Assembly (NCBI GenBank): GCA_964016885.1
Contig: OZ024741.1
Span: forward strand, 381,796,001-381,860,000
Length of the DNA: 64,000 bases
Origin: Eledone cirrhosa
Lineage: Eukaryota
Direction of reading: 5' to 3'
Shown piece after piece: positions 1 to 13,189 of the stretch. Each line of letters begins with the position of its first letter. Within the stretch, counting starts at the first letter, position 1. Position numbers and translations under genes: made by a program. The notes beneath the pieces were generated by a model. It was not told the DNA's origin, made no database searches, and saw only the letters and a program-made list of their open reading frames with translations.

Positions 1-649
1 ACTAGGTTGTGGTTATAATTAGAGAAGGATTTTAGGTAATTCTCTAATCATAACCCTATCAAAGCTGCAATGTAATATATTCCATAACAACTTCTGAAAT
101 ACGGGGGCATGTGAGCGTCAAAACACCCTACCTGATCAGTTATTTCTGGCGCCACAGCTGAATAGCGGAAGTTCCATCCCCAACCCAAATCAACAGTATC
201 AGCGCCACAGAATGTTGTTGAGGAAACCTAGTTGTCTAGTTGGTAGCATCTAGCTACCTCCAGTAGATCCTACTCCTTACCTGTAAATGTTGGGGTGTTC
301 CAGGTTTCAATTTTCAATATTTTCTCCATGCCGAACCCTCTTTGGGGTCTCGGGATATGCAATCATTGTGCGCCCATCCCAACCATTACAGGACAATTCG
401 TAAGCCAGTCGCCAATACATGTCCTTTTTAACCCGCACGAAGAACGTTAGAGTATATAGCGGAACTGTCAGACTTTATGAAGACATTCTTCTCGTACAGG
501 TATATCCTTGAATATACATGGTATACAGGGAATAACGGACAGAGATCACTAATTCATTTTGTTATTCTGAGTGATCTCTACGATTTTGTGTTGGATGTTC
601 GTGATAAGTGAGGCAATATGCTGTTAACTGAGGAACATCTAGTTATCTG

Positions 650-980
650 CAATTTGAGACTAATTAATAGAAAAGAAGCCTACAAAACTGGCAGGTCCGG
701 GATCACTACATGGTAATGTGGGAAGCGTTCGTGGGTAAGGAAGTTAGGACTAGGTATGCAGATTCCATTGCATCTAAAGATGTCAAATATGCCATCCTAA
801 CAAAGAGAGAGGCCTACAAAGCTTCATTGTAAATAAATCCTCTTTCTTTCATTTGCGGGTCAAGCAGAGACGCAGAATCGCAGCAGGGACAGTAAAGGTG
901 TCCAAAGTTAAGATATGGGAGGACTTTGGGATCAAGATAGAATCCGACCTCAGATCAGCAAAGGTATTTTCCCTGTTAAG
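650..980 (+). mobile_element. Decayed RTE-type LINE fragment (endonuclease-RT linker)
   Basis: Translation ..KREAYKA..RRIAAGTVKVSKVKIWEDFGIKIESDLRSAKVF resembles the RTE linker (K..WEEFG..LE.DF.SA.K.F); disrupted frames. Confidence 0.45.
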
Positions 981-1301
981 AACGAAAACAGTTTTTTATT
1001 TTTTTTATTTTTGGCAAAGGCGGTCGAAAAATCGCTCGGTATGCAAATGTAGTTAATAAGCCGATGTATGCATTTGAGAATACGATGTATTCTCAGCAGT
1101 TACAGGGGGTAGCAGTGACGATAATACACAAACTTGATAAGAAGCAAAAACTCCGAAACAATTATCAATGGTTTTCCCTCATCTACCGCTGGAACAAAGG
1201 GATGACGTTGGTCATCGAACACATGGCGTTTATGAGGTTGTCTGCTTGCAAACAAACCGAATATTGATAATATTATGATATTATTATATTATAATTATCC
1301 A

Positions 1302-1493
1302 GGGCGGTGGATTGGCAGTATCGGTAGATGGTCGGACGCCATGCTTTACACGCATAGAGTTACGGCCCTTACCATTCTGAGTTAAAATCCCGCCGAGGTT
1401 AACTTTGCCTTTCATCCTTACGGGGTCGATAAAATGAAGTACCATTAATAGACTGGATAATTGCTGGCCTTGTGGCAAACGTAGAAACAATTA
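1302..1493 (+). mobile_element. tRNA-type SINE with Meta/MESC-like central domain
   Basis: GGGCGGTGGATTGGCAGTATCGGTAGA head, B-box-like GAGTTAAAATCCC, core TTTGCCTTTCATCCTTACGGGGTCGATAAAA, tail GTAGAAACAATTA; many near-identical copies in window. Confidence 0.85.
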
Positions 1494-3370
1494 TATTATC
1501 ATTATCCTCTCACGTATACATTTAGGTATCTATCCACCACGTTCAGAGTGAAAATAAATTTATATATATATATATATATATACACACGTTCAAACACACA
1601 TATGCTTATACAATATGATTTAAACAAAATCTAGATATTTCTTTCTATATCCCAAGACATAACGTTTCATCTCATCTCCTTACGCTTCAACAACTAATTA
1701 CAATTAATCTTTTCTCATGTTTTCCTTCTCAACAGCAGATTTCACTAACCTGTCAACTCTGTCTTTACCTCAGACACACGTGTTTCCATTCACCATCTCA
1801 AAGTGGAATCATATAACTATTGATCTTTCACTTCAAAAGTTAATTTCTTCACAGACAGAAGATGCGATAATATTCAACATTTTATTCCTATTGCCTGGAT
1901 GCTTTATTATGTTTTAGCTTTAATTGTCGAGCTGATCTTATCATGGAACAGGTGTTTTATACTTCTCTCCGCTTTTAAATACTATTTTATTTACAATATA
2001 TTTATATTTTTATATAGACCTTTTTTTGTCAGATAAACTCATACCAAACATCATAGCAGCTTCAAAACTAATATAAATTATCAAAGCCAAATCGAATAAA
2101 TGAAGTAACCACACACGCACACACACACGCGCACACACATATACATACACATGTGTACACCAACACATTTAATGATGCACACCTATGTCTTTACACAAAC
2201 TGAGACACACCGATTATGCACATGCTAGTAATATATATTATGGTTTTACAACGATGTTATAATTAAAAAATTGCATGTTTTGGTGTGTGGTTTGTACTTT
2301 GTGGTTTGTAGTAGCTCTAGAATATAAAATGACTTATTATGTACTTAATTCTTTGGGGTTAAATTTGAAAATTTACAATTACATTTCATATGAAAGCAAA
2401 TTAAAAGTAAGTAACGATACTGATGGCAATATTACTGCAAAGAATTATCAAGTAGAATAACAAAAATATCACTTTCAATACATTTCTGTTTCTTTGATTC
2501 ATTTAAGTTACTTATTAAACGAGTAAGTCTTCCCATTTCTAAGGAGATAATATAGGCGAAAAAAAAAGGGCTTTAACATTACTCAAAATATTACGATATG
2601 TAAAACTAAACCAGCACCTGATATTATCTGTATTTTATAACCAAATATAGACCGAGTCAGATATCGATGTACAATTATTTTGTACGTTTGCTATTGACGA
2701 AATGTACAAAATTATTGTAACATGCTCCTCAAATAACGCCAATATATAATCAAGGCTTCACCGAAAAGGATAGTGTTTGTCCTCAGCTGTTTCAGTAGCA
2801 TCCACATCACAACTACTTTCGCCATGGCTACCTGGAAGACAAAAACTAACTGTCTTTTCCTGCAAAAGCAAAACGATGGAGCATTCTTCTGTGATGGACT
2901 TAGCTATTACTCAGAGAATTCCTACACGTAACAGCAAGCGTCGAAGTAAAGCCACAAGTCAATAATATTCCAACACTTGATAAGTGTGTGTGCTTGACTC
3001 CAACCTGTCAGTTAAATGGCAACATGTTTACTATAATTGTCCGGGCACTTAAACACCAAAGAAATGGGAAACGTCCCGACAACCTACCAATTTACCTCTC
3101 TGTACTGAAATGAGGAAATGTAAAGTGGATTGGAACGTAATTTCTACTCGGAATGCAATAGCCAGATTAAATAGAGCAATGTATTTGGCCTGTCAACTTT
3201 ACCTTCTTCGGTGATACTCATGCTTGAAAAAAGAATCAACGAATGTACCGAGGGTGCACTGCCAACAAATTGGAACTCTCAGTAGTGGGAATCTATAAAC
3301 AAATAAAGAAAGTACATTTGCGCCAAGAGAAAAAGAAAAAAATATTGGCAATTCCACTTCAATAAAAAGA

Positions 3371-3500
3371 AATAATGGTTTCTACTTTTGGTACAAGGCA
3401 AGCAATTATCCCAGTGTAATAATGGTGCTTTATTTTATCGACACTGCAAAGATTAAAGGCAAAGTTCACCTTACGGGATTTGAACTCAAACCGTAAAAAG
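3371..3500 (-). mobile_element. 5'-truncated SINE copy
   Basis: Reverse complement of the SINE core and tail (TTTCTACTTTTGGTACAAGG..TTTATTTTATCGAC..AAAGGCAAAGTT). Confidence 0.75.
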
Positions 3501-4566
3501 TAAATAGCTTACCTCATAAACAAAATTAGAAAATATTAATCGATGTTAGTTTTGTCCCAATGAATATTCAAACCAAGAAACCACAGGAAAACAGATCCAT
3601 CACGACAAAGACAAAAATGGAAATAACCAAAATCACAACAATTATGTAAGTACTAGAAAATAAAGACTTCAGCACAAAGACAAATGTCCAATACGGGCAT
3701 CCTCAAAAAATGAAAGCTAAGTTGATGAAAATTCTACAACACATAAAAATCCTACATATAAAGGTAGATGACAATGTCCAATTCTTTGCAATGAAGGGAT
3801 GAGATTGACTTCAAGTGCACCATGCCTAATGAAACAGGAATAACAGCGAAGTAAATCATAACATAATAAAGATATCATTGCATTAATAACTGATAAGGAA
3901 ATATTACTTATCTTTGATATGTAATTTCTAGCAATATTAAACGCGACAGACTCAGTTGTACAATGTTTGTGCGAGGTCTTCAGTATATTTTATTCTAGAC
4001 TTGTGTTGAAAGATTTTATTTTGGAAGCGGCATTCTAGTGGAGTGTATTGCAATTGCGTCTATCACTGTTGTAATATAGATTTTATAATATTGCACTGAT
4101 ATAACTTATTAAATTAGTTATGTTAGTAGACAAAGAGTCGTGAATTTTGAAACGTATATTATATTCGTAAACATAATTGAAAATAAAAACCAACAGGAAA
4201 ACAAAAACAGGAATATGATCGGTACGAATTGGAAAAAAGATATGAAAAATGTATCCCTTGATAGAATAAATATAAATATAAATAATATTTATAAACTTTA
4301 ATGCTTACACCATCTGAAATAATTATAAATCACATTTATAAATAATTTTAAAAATTTTGTGTTCTCTTATTTATTAACACAGACATAGACATGTAATGTG
4401 CTTCTATTTAAAATGTTGTATATATTATAGTGGATAAGTGGTGTAAAAACTACTTGCTAACAATTCCAGAATAGGAACTTCAATAGCGGCTCCACAAAAG
4501 ATTAACTGTATATGGCTACATCAGCTGCATATCAAAAATTAATATATATATATATATATATATATA

Positions 4567-4860
4567 TTAAGAGGAGATATGTATCATATTAGAGGAGGAG
4601 AGAGAAAAAGTGTGATACAATATGATAAATGCCAATAGCCGGAGTGAGGTGTGCTCGATGCATAGGGTTGCAGTGTTAAATGAAGAAGGCAACATAGCAA
4701 GTATAATCAGAATAAATGAAGGAGGTGCAATACGTTTAGAATCAAATGTTACTTCTTACATTATGTTTCAAATGAAGTTTACATGTGCATACACACTGTT
4801 ACTCGCTGTGGTATAGTCCTCTTTTAAACATATGGCACCTCCATCATTTATTCTGTTTAT
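4567..4860 (-). mobile_element. Old miniature fold-back (probable PLE end) in (AT)n
   Basis: 38-bp inverted arms 4703-4740 / 4823-4860 (5 mismatches) plus an unpaired ~135-bp extension on the left; (AT)n on both sides. Confidence 0.5.
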
Positions 4861-5019
4861 ATATATATATATATATAAATATATATATATACATATTACT
4901 TATACCAAACTCTTCCCATGGACTGAGTGGTCTAACACTACGGATATCACCTTCCAGTAGTCTACCTCTCTTTCTTTCACTCTCTCTCTCTATCTCTCTC
5001 TCTATCTCTTTCTCTCTCT

Positions 5020-5460
5020 CTCTTAAACTTAATATTACGATAGTAGAAATACCAGGTACCTCCATAAAAACAATTATTAGTAATACATACCATTTTCAAA
5101 GACCTCCCTGTATAGATAAGAAATGCATAATCTGTAAACTAAGCCCCCATATTAACTGTAAAACTAGAAACATGGTATATAGCATTGGATGTAGTGAAGG
5201 ACAATGTAAAGATAAGAATATAGTGTACATCTGTGAGACAGCTCGTAGTATAGGAGAACGGTTAAATGAACACTGGCGAGAGCTTCAAGATATAAAGGTT
5301 TCAACAATACTCCACCAACATGCTAAAATAAAACATAATGGCAAATTATAGAACAGAGAAATAAAAATAAAATCTACACACAGAAAAGAGGCAATGTTTA
5401 GACAAATCACAGAGGCAACAAACATAAATGAGCTCCAACCAAAATTAAATAGAAATAATG
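5020..5460 (+). pseudogene. PLE GIY-YIG endonuclease remnant (Neptune-like Cys-rich linker)
   Basis: PCIDKKCIICK..CKTRNMVYSIGC..C..YICETARSIGERLNEH..LHQHAKIKHNG, then RQITEATNINELQPKLN after a stop. Confidence 0.75.
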
Positions 5461-5727
5461 ATGGAATAGCAACATCACAACTTACAATTAAGGACAACAT
5501 GAAATCACACACACATAGAACAAACAACCAACCAACCAACCGGAAATTAAAAAATATTTTGAAAAAAAAAAATGTTTTAATCTATAATAAATTGGACTGA
5601 TAGCAACTGGTGCGTGTGTTTCTTATTGGCAACATGACCCTCCCAAAGTATAGCTATATATATATATGTATATATATATAAATATTCATATATATATGTA
5701 TGTATGTATGTATATATCATATATATG

Positions 5728-6177
5728 GGCAAAGGAGCTCTTAAGAGTCAATGGCCATCCAAAATCACCGGGAGAGATGACCCCTTAGCCTTTGTTAAGG
5801 CAGAATTCTAGGAGAAGGAAAACTCTGATATAACACCTGCAACCCTGATGGTATCCAATGATGTTGACTTGTTCTTCTTTTTGGTAAATATCATCTTGGT
5901 TAAGAGAGTGGGACTGGCTTTGTGCAGTGCCTTTGCTCACTATTTAAAGCTTCACGGCACAGGCATTGCTTTATATCTGGAGATCTCTCTGCACTTGTCG
6001 TCACATGGTACCATGGGCCCAACACTATGTGTCAATAATTGTCACAAGTGTAGTCTTTGTACCAGAGTTTTCAAGTCGCTGGCTGGACTAAAAAGTCACA
6101 CTCGTTCAGCGCATCAGTAGGGGTTCTCCTACATGGATATAAAGTAGTGGCCGTACTCGAAAACGAGTTGGCAGCCA

Positions 6178-6183
<6 letters not shown>
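5728..6183 (+). mobile_element. Short RTE-derived element (5' UTR motif plus 3' end)
   Basis: CTAGGAGAAGGAAAACTCTGA motif typical of RTE 5' UTRs; terminal C2H2 HKCSLCTRVFKSLAGLKSHTRSAH-stop typical of RTE C-termini; bounded by (AT)n. Confidence 0.5.
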
Positions 6184-6264
<81 letters not shown>

Positions 6265-7220
6265 TTATATATATATATATATACATATAAATATATATAT
6301 ATACATATATGTAGATAAATCTACCAAAATGTACGGTAGTGTCCAATCCGTATGAAGAACTCAATGTAATCCGAATATCATGAAAAGAGAAGATTATTTT
6401 AGGGATGAAAATAGGTCATATGCTGACCTCAGACATAATTATATTTGTTCAATGAATAAAACCAACAAAGATTTAATATAGTAGGTCTGTTTGGGAACAG
6501 GTTTTGAATTGACCAATTGAAAGGTAATAATTGGCCAAATGGTAAAATAGTAGTAATGGAAGTTTATTTTATGGGTAGTAGTAGGCAGATTTCAGTTTTG
6601 AATGGAAGGAGTATGAAGAATGAAAAGGTTATTTTAGGGGTGAAAATAGGTCAGGTCAGTAAAAGGTACACGAAAAGTTGCTGTTATAAAAGAATAATGC
6701 CAATGTAAATATCTAAGGAGACTAAACTTTTACGATAAAAGTGTTAGTGAAAAATATATATCTGGAGTTTACAACTATGAAAAGAATATAAATTAATTTA
6801 ATTGATGGGTATATTTATATTGATAAAATTATATTAATGCATATAGATATGATAAATAAGAGTTAGATGTAATTGAAGAGTGCTGTTAAAGACGAGGGGA
6901 AATTAAAAAAATATAAGAAGAATATATATATATATATAATATATATATATAATTAGTGGGGAGGGGGAGTTAAATTTATTAGTGAGAAATAATAAATATA
7001 TAGAGATTTCAAGGAACATAGAATCATAACCTGAAATTAAAACATTATATATCTTTACTTAATGGTATCAATTTTAGGAAAAGATAGTTGTAAGAAGGAA
7101 AGTAAAATTATGTAGTTCATCAGTAGTAGAATATTAATTATAGGTTAACTAAATTAAAAAAAGTTTTTATATTAATTTCTAAAATGTATATTAATTAGGT
7201 TTATAATATTTAAAGTTGTT

Positions 7221-8810
7221 TCACAGTTTATGATTACACGATATTATTAATTCCTGTCGCTTATTTAATAGGATATCCTTAGATTTCATTATTTCGAAAA
7301 GTTCTTGGGAACACAATCTACATTCATATCTATTATTTTGATAAGGGGTGGCCCTTTTGAGCATACTCCAGGTCAGGTCATAATCTATATTCCTCTTTCT
7401 ATAATTATTATTTATTTCAGCTAGATATGTTGTATTAGCTAATGCGGCATTTTTAAAACTATGTTTGTGGGTATTAAATCTTACTTTAAATTGGTTAGAG
7501 GAAGCTCCTATATATGAATAAGTTGAGTCCTTAGTGTTAACCTTACATTTATATACTATGTTATTAACAAGGCAATTTCCTTTTAATGGGCAGTTTGCTT
7601 TGTTTCTACAGTTACAACTTTTCGTGAATCCTGTATCAGAGGAGATATTATGGTTAGTTTGATGTACTGGTGGTATACTCATGGTTCTTTTACATTTATA
7701 TGTATTGTCGGCACTTATATTTTGTTTTATGTATTTGGTTGTTGAATAGGAGAATTTAACCGTTCATCTATTTAAAATTTGATGGTATTTGTGGTTTGGC
7801 GGGAAGTTCATCTCTAGGATATTAAAAAAAATTGTATGTATATTATCCTTAATTTGTAAATTAAATGGAGCATTATACCAAATAACTCGTCTATTACGGT
7901 TTCGATGTTGTTTATTGTTTTTATAGGATGTATCCTGGTGTTTATTAAGAGAATTATTGTTAATGACTTAACCACACATTTTTTAGTTAGATTTATTGAT
8001 TTAGGTGTTTTAGCTTGTTTATTAGGAGTTTTATTATTAACATTTATTAGAGTAGTAGGATGAATAGTTTTTTGAGAGTTACTATATTGTATGTGAGAAG
8101 AGTTATAAAAATTTGGTTTTATGTTGGTATTTTGGGGTATAGTGTTAGTGGCATGTAGGTGTGTATGTTTCATTTGGTGTTTGTTGGTAATATTAGGTTG
8201 TATGTTTGTAGTGTTATTGGTACAAGGTATACATACTAATTTATTTTTGTGGCCACTTCTAGCTAAAGCTTCGTTATAAAAGGTCGCATTTTTATCAAAT
8301 ACATCCTGGTTAGACGAAAGGTTAGACATTCTAAGTGAGTTATTATATGCTAGGATTTTAAGGATAGATTTAGGGTGATTAGATTGTGAGTGTATGTAAC
8401 GTAAATTTTGGTTAGGTTTATGGTAAGGTTGGCAGATACCCGTAGAAAAGTCTAATGTTATATCAAGGAAATTAACTACTTTACTTGTGTTTTCAAATGT
8501 AATATCTAGACTATAATATTCTTTGAGGAAAGTTCTAATAAGCTTTTTATTTTTTTCTATCTCTGAAAGGCTAAGGTTATTGGAAAGAAGAAGACAGTCG
8601 TCACGATATAAACCACCTTTAAGGTGGGGAAAGGAAGCATTTATGTTAAAAAGAAAAAAGAGGCCCACAAGATCAGTAATTTGGGCAGAATCACTTGAGC
8701 CCATAGTAATATCGTATAGATTACTATATGTGTTTCTGGTCCAGTATTCATTTTGAAATTCCAATAGTGTTTGTCTAGCATGTGTAATAATATTAATGTC
8801 ATCAAAGTCC
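7221..8810 (-). pseudogene. PLE reverse transcriptase + GIY-YIG endonuclease, frameshifted and 5'-truncated
   Basis: DITMGSSDSAQITDLVGL..GGLYRDD..VNFLDITLD..YHKPN; CNCRNKANCPLKGNCL..VYKC..YIGASSNQFKVRFNTH..CRLC..LNKRQE; homologous to ORF 27115-29574. Confidence 0.9.
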
Positions 8811-9587
8811 TGACCTGGAGTGTGCTCAAAAGGGCCACACGTTATCCACCTGGAGTCTGCTCAAAAGGGCCACCCCTTATCAAAATAATAGATATGAATG
8901 TAGATTGTGTTCCCAAGAACTTTTCGAAATAATGAAATCTAAGGATATCCTATTAAATAAGCGACAGGAATTAATAATATCGTGTAATCATAAACTGAGA
9001 AAAACCTTTAAATATTATAAACCTAATTAATATACATTTTAGAAATTAATATAAAAACTTTTTTTAATTTAGTTAACCTATAATTAATATTCTACTACTG
9101 ATGAACTACATAATTTTACTTTCCTTCTTACAACTATCGGTTCCTAAAATTTATACCATTAAGTAAACATATATAATGTTGTAATTTCAGGTTATGATTC
9201 TATGTTCCTTGAAATCTCTATATATTTATTATTTCTCACTAATAAATTTAACCCCCCCCCCCCAATAATTATATATATATATATTATATATATATATATA
9301 TTATATATATATATATATTCTTTTTATATTTTTTTTAATTTCCCCTCGTCTTTAACAGCACTCTTCAATTACATCTAACTCTTATTTATCATATCTATAT
9401 GCATTAATATAATTTTATCAATATAAATATACCCAACAATTAAATTAATTTATATTCTTTTCATAGATGTAAACTCCATATATATTTTTTTCACTAACAC
9501 TTTTATCGTAAAAGTTTAGTCTCCTTAGATATTTACATTGGCATTATTCTTTTATAACAGCAACTTTTCGTGTACCTTTTACTGACC

Positions 9588-10054
9588 TGACCTATTTTCA
9601 CCCCTAAAATAACCTTTTCATTCTTCATACTCATTCCATTCAAAACTGAAATCTGCCTACTTCTACCCCTAAAATAAACTTCCATTACTACTATTTTACC
9701 ATTTGGCCAATTATTACCTTTCAATTGGTCAATTCAAAACCTCTTCCCAAACAGACCTACTATATGAAATATTTGTTGGTTTTATTCATTGAACAAATAT
9801 AATTATTTCTGAGGTCAGCATATGACCTATTTTCATCCCTAAAATAATCTTTCATTCATAATATTCTTTCCATCCAAAACTGAAATCTACCTTCCTCTAC
9901 CCATAAATTAAGGTTCTTTTACTACTATTTTACCATCTTCATCTTCACTATCTTTCTATTGGTCAATTCAAAACCTGTTCCCAAACAGACCTATTGTATT
10001 AAATCTTTGTTGGTTTTTTTCAATAAACAAATATCATTATTTCTGAAGACAGCA
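9588..10054 (+). repeat. Two diverged ~234-bp tandem units inside the pseudo-LTR
   Basis: Units start TGACCTATTTTCA at 9588 and 9822 and end TTCTGAGGTCAGCA / TTCTGAAGACAGCA. Confidence 0.8.
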
Positions 10055-10169
10055 TATATATGTGTAGGTATGTATATTCCCTCTGATAATTTGTAAAAAT
10101 GTTACATAGATCTATAGGATATGCATACCAACACTAACATATATATCCGAGAAACGATCGTAAAATGAT
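10033..10169 (+). ncRNA. Type I hammerhead ribozyme with ~100-nt stem II
   Basis: CTGAAGA (10043), long hairpin (ATATATATGT/ACATATATAT, GTATGTATAT/ATATGCATAC), GAAA (10151), palindromic stem III ACGATCGT, GTA site, stem I ATCATT../AAATGAT. Confidence 0.65.
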
Positions 10170-10240
10170 GAATTTTTTAATATAAGGAACTGTTTCTTTG
10201 TTTATTCATTATTTTATTAATTTATATATACATATATATA

Positions 10241-10934
10241 TGGCCTTTAACGTATGTTGTAGCTCTGGTTCTTTTGAACCATTGAGCACTTGCCACACAT
10301 TTCGGAGGTTGTTTTTCGTTATTTCATAGGCCGAAATACGATTCTGGATAATTTATATTTGTATTAATCTCCAGAATCTAGCTATTGACCAGTTAATTTT
10401 CTTGATTTGTTAGTGGATTCTATTGACTGATGAATAGCCTATCTTAATTTTAACCCTTCTGTTGAGAACTCGGTTCGATTTGTGATTTTTTGCATTCTTG
10501 CAATAATATACACAACTGAATTCATTCGCCTAATATAGGGGTTGCCTCCCTTGCTGATCCCTACGTGGGGTCAGTAATAGGCATTCCTTGTATTAGCATT
10601 GAACAAAAACCTGTTGAAAAAGTGGCTTCCTTGTTCAATAATCTTACTAGAAGCCTAACATTTTTTTATGTAAGCGGACAGTACTTCGATTTAGGAGTCG
10701 CAGAAACCCAAATGCTGGATTTTACCAACCTTCCAGGGGTCCGGGTAAATTTTCAATCACATATATTTTTTTTTGTTTGACCCGAATTACTTTAACCATC
10801 GTCTCAGTGTGTTTGGCCTTTAACGTATGTTGTAGCTCTGGTTCTTCTGAACCATTGAGCACTTGCCACACATCTCGGTGGTTGTTTTTCGTTATTTCAT
10901 AGGCCAAACTACGATTCTCGATAATTTATATTTG

Positions 10935-10937
<3 letters not shown>
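10241..10937. repeat. ~125-bp direct repeat (10241-10365 / 10814-10937) in a possible LINE fragment
   Basis: TGGCCTTTAACGTATGTTGTAGCTCTGG..TTTGTATT present twice; minus-strand translation only weakly LINE-like. Confidence 0.7.
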
Positions 10938-10986
<49 letters not shown>

Positions 10987-11884
10987 TAACAGAGCTAACA
11001 ATAAGAAAGAATGTGGAACACATACTTTACGATATCAATAGGCATGTAAATTATTGATACGGTAATAGAGCAAACACTCACTGCAATAGCCTTAACAACT
11101 TTATATCTGAAGTCGACTTGATGTAATTATAATTCGAACGTGTTAACAGCTAATAAAAGATATGCGCGCGCGGTGTTGTGGGTGCCTTGGGAGTTTGTTG
11201 CGGTGTTATAGATGATGATGGAGTTGTTTGCGATGATGGTGGGGTGGTGGCGTGGGTCTACGTGGTAGTGGTAATGTGGCTAGTGATGGTGGTGTTGATG
11301 GTGAGTGTTTGACATTTTTTTGTTTCGAGGGCGAAAAGTGTGAGTTTTCTTGTTGGCTTACTTGAAGTCTACGGTTTGCCACCCCATGGGATCATTACAT
11401 TCAGTGTCGAAGTATGTAACTTCTAGGAGGGTTAAGCTTTCCACTGGCGTTGGTTCTTTTGTTGCTGGTGGAGGCGGTGGTTTTGTTTTTGATGCTGGTG
11501 CTGGTGCTAGTGCCTATGTTGTTGCCATGGCTTCTGCTGCCAAATTAGCCTTAGGCGGTTGCGTTGCTCCCGTCATGGTACCTGACGTATAGAGGGGAGG
11601 GGGTATTGTTCCCACCTTGTTTATGGTCATTCTGCTTGACCAGTGGTTTGCCTTTCCTCGTGTCCTGCTCGCTAAGATGAACTTTGTCTACACTTTTGGC
11701 CGCCTTCGGGAAGATGTGCTGTTGTTTCTGCTGCTGCTGTTGCTGTTGCTCTCATCGTTGCTGCTGCTGTTATTCTTGTTTTTATTGTTGTTTCTTGGTT
11801 ACTGCTGCTGACTGTATCGTTGCTGTTGTCGCTTCTGTTATTGTTGTCGCAGTTCTTGTAGTAGTAATGTTTTCTGATTTAGAC

Positions 11885-12070
11885 ACAAGGTCAGCAATTT
11901 TGGGAGAGAGCTAAGTCGATTGAATCGATCTCAGTGCATCACTGGTTCCTTATTTTGTCGATCCCGTAAGAATGAAAGTCAAAATTTACCTCAGCAGAAT
12001 TTGATGTCTCTGGCCGTATCTCACTGCCATGAAGAATGTTGTCCGACGCTCTACCGATACTTCCCGTCCA
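11885..12070 (-). mobile_element. Diverged SINE variant
   Basis: AAGTCGATTGAATCGATC..CTGGTTCCTTATTTTGTCGATCCCGTAAGAATGAAAG..GACGCTCTACCGATACT. Confidence 0.7.
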
Positions 12071-12154
12071 ACGATACTCCGTATTAGAGGACATAGACAA
12101 TTGTATTACGAATATGGCAGATGGGGATTTTTGAAGTAACTGAACATAGGATTG

Positions 12155-13150
12155 ATGATCAGGCAAGGGCAATACGCAAAAACGAATGGCTATCTGAGAT
12201 TGAGATCGAAATGATAAAGAAAAAATAAGTTATGAGGATATGGAAAGTAAAGAAGCTCAGGGTGTTAGAGATTCAATTAGAGATGTGAGTATGGAAAATG
12301 GTCGAATCCAACAGGAAGGAGAGGAACTGAATATTCCAGATAGTGCGGGAGGTGACATTAAGATTGGTGAACTTAAGGACATATCAGAAAAAGACAGACA
12401 GTTGATTGCTGATATATTGGTGTTCTCTAAATGCGGAGACAGTATACAAAAATAAATAAATAAATAAAACAGCAAACTAATGTCAGCTAAAAGAAATAAC
12501 TAACAAATTAAACAACATCCTTGGCAAGGTGCCAAGTAGAACAAACACAGAAATTAAAAATCTGATCAACACTACAAATATCTACATTGCTTAAGTGTCA
12601 AAAGCAGATCAACTATGGTGGAAAAGGAGAATTCAAGGGAACATCAAAATGCTTAGGAAAGATATGATTATTCTGGTAAAGGAAAAACGAGGTGAATTTT
12701 AAAAAGTCGGAACACTCACAGGGAAGTACAATGTCAGGACAAAGAAGATTACAACGGTAACTGAGGAACTGAAAGAAAATATACTTGCCAAAGCTTCAAA
12801 GATTAAGAGGTATGAACAACGTTCACACAGTATAAACATAATGTACGTTTCCAACAAAATCAGTAGAGCTTCTATCAGGAGGTAAATGACATGGTTAGGA
12901 ATGATGATGTAATCCCTGATGCAGATGAAAGTAAAATATTTGCGAATGATACCTGGAGTGTAGGAAAAGAACACAATAGAAGTATGGAGTGGCTGACTAA
13001 CATCAGAAATGACTTTGGGGATATTCCATAGGGAGAATTGGAGATACAAACTGATATGGTAAATATCCAATGCAGAATGATACCCAATTGGAAATCTCCC
13101 GTCAGAGACGGTATGCAAGACTCCTTGTTGAAAAACATACAACAGCTTGG
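12155..13150 (+). pseudogene. R4/Dong-type LINE remnant (N-terminal region to start of RT)
   Basis: [64 protein letters not shown]; homologous to the element at 54694-58740. Confidence 0.7.
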
Positions 13151-13189
13151 CATATGATCACATTTACAACTGTATACAGATGTGACAGA

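Larger units (their letters stand above)
6311..10225 (-). mobile_element. 5'-truncated PLE with inverted pseudo-LTR
   Basis: Minus-strand RT/EN remnant 7221-8810; ~6392-7375 repeated inverted at ~8848-9850; inverted arm continues through an HHR to 10225; (AT)n both sides. Confidence 0.9.

Noticed and set aside
1302-1400. tRNA gene
   Set aside because: Only SINE head A/B-box remnants; no cloverleaf
11617-11914. Poly-Leu and poly-Cys ORFs
   Set aside because: (GCT/GTT)n low-complexity tract upstream of the Dong remnant
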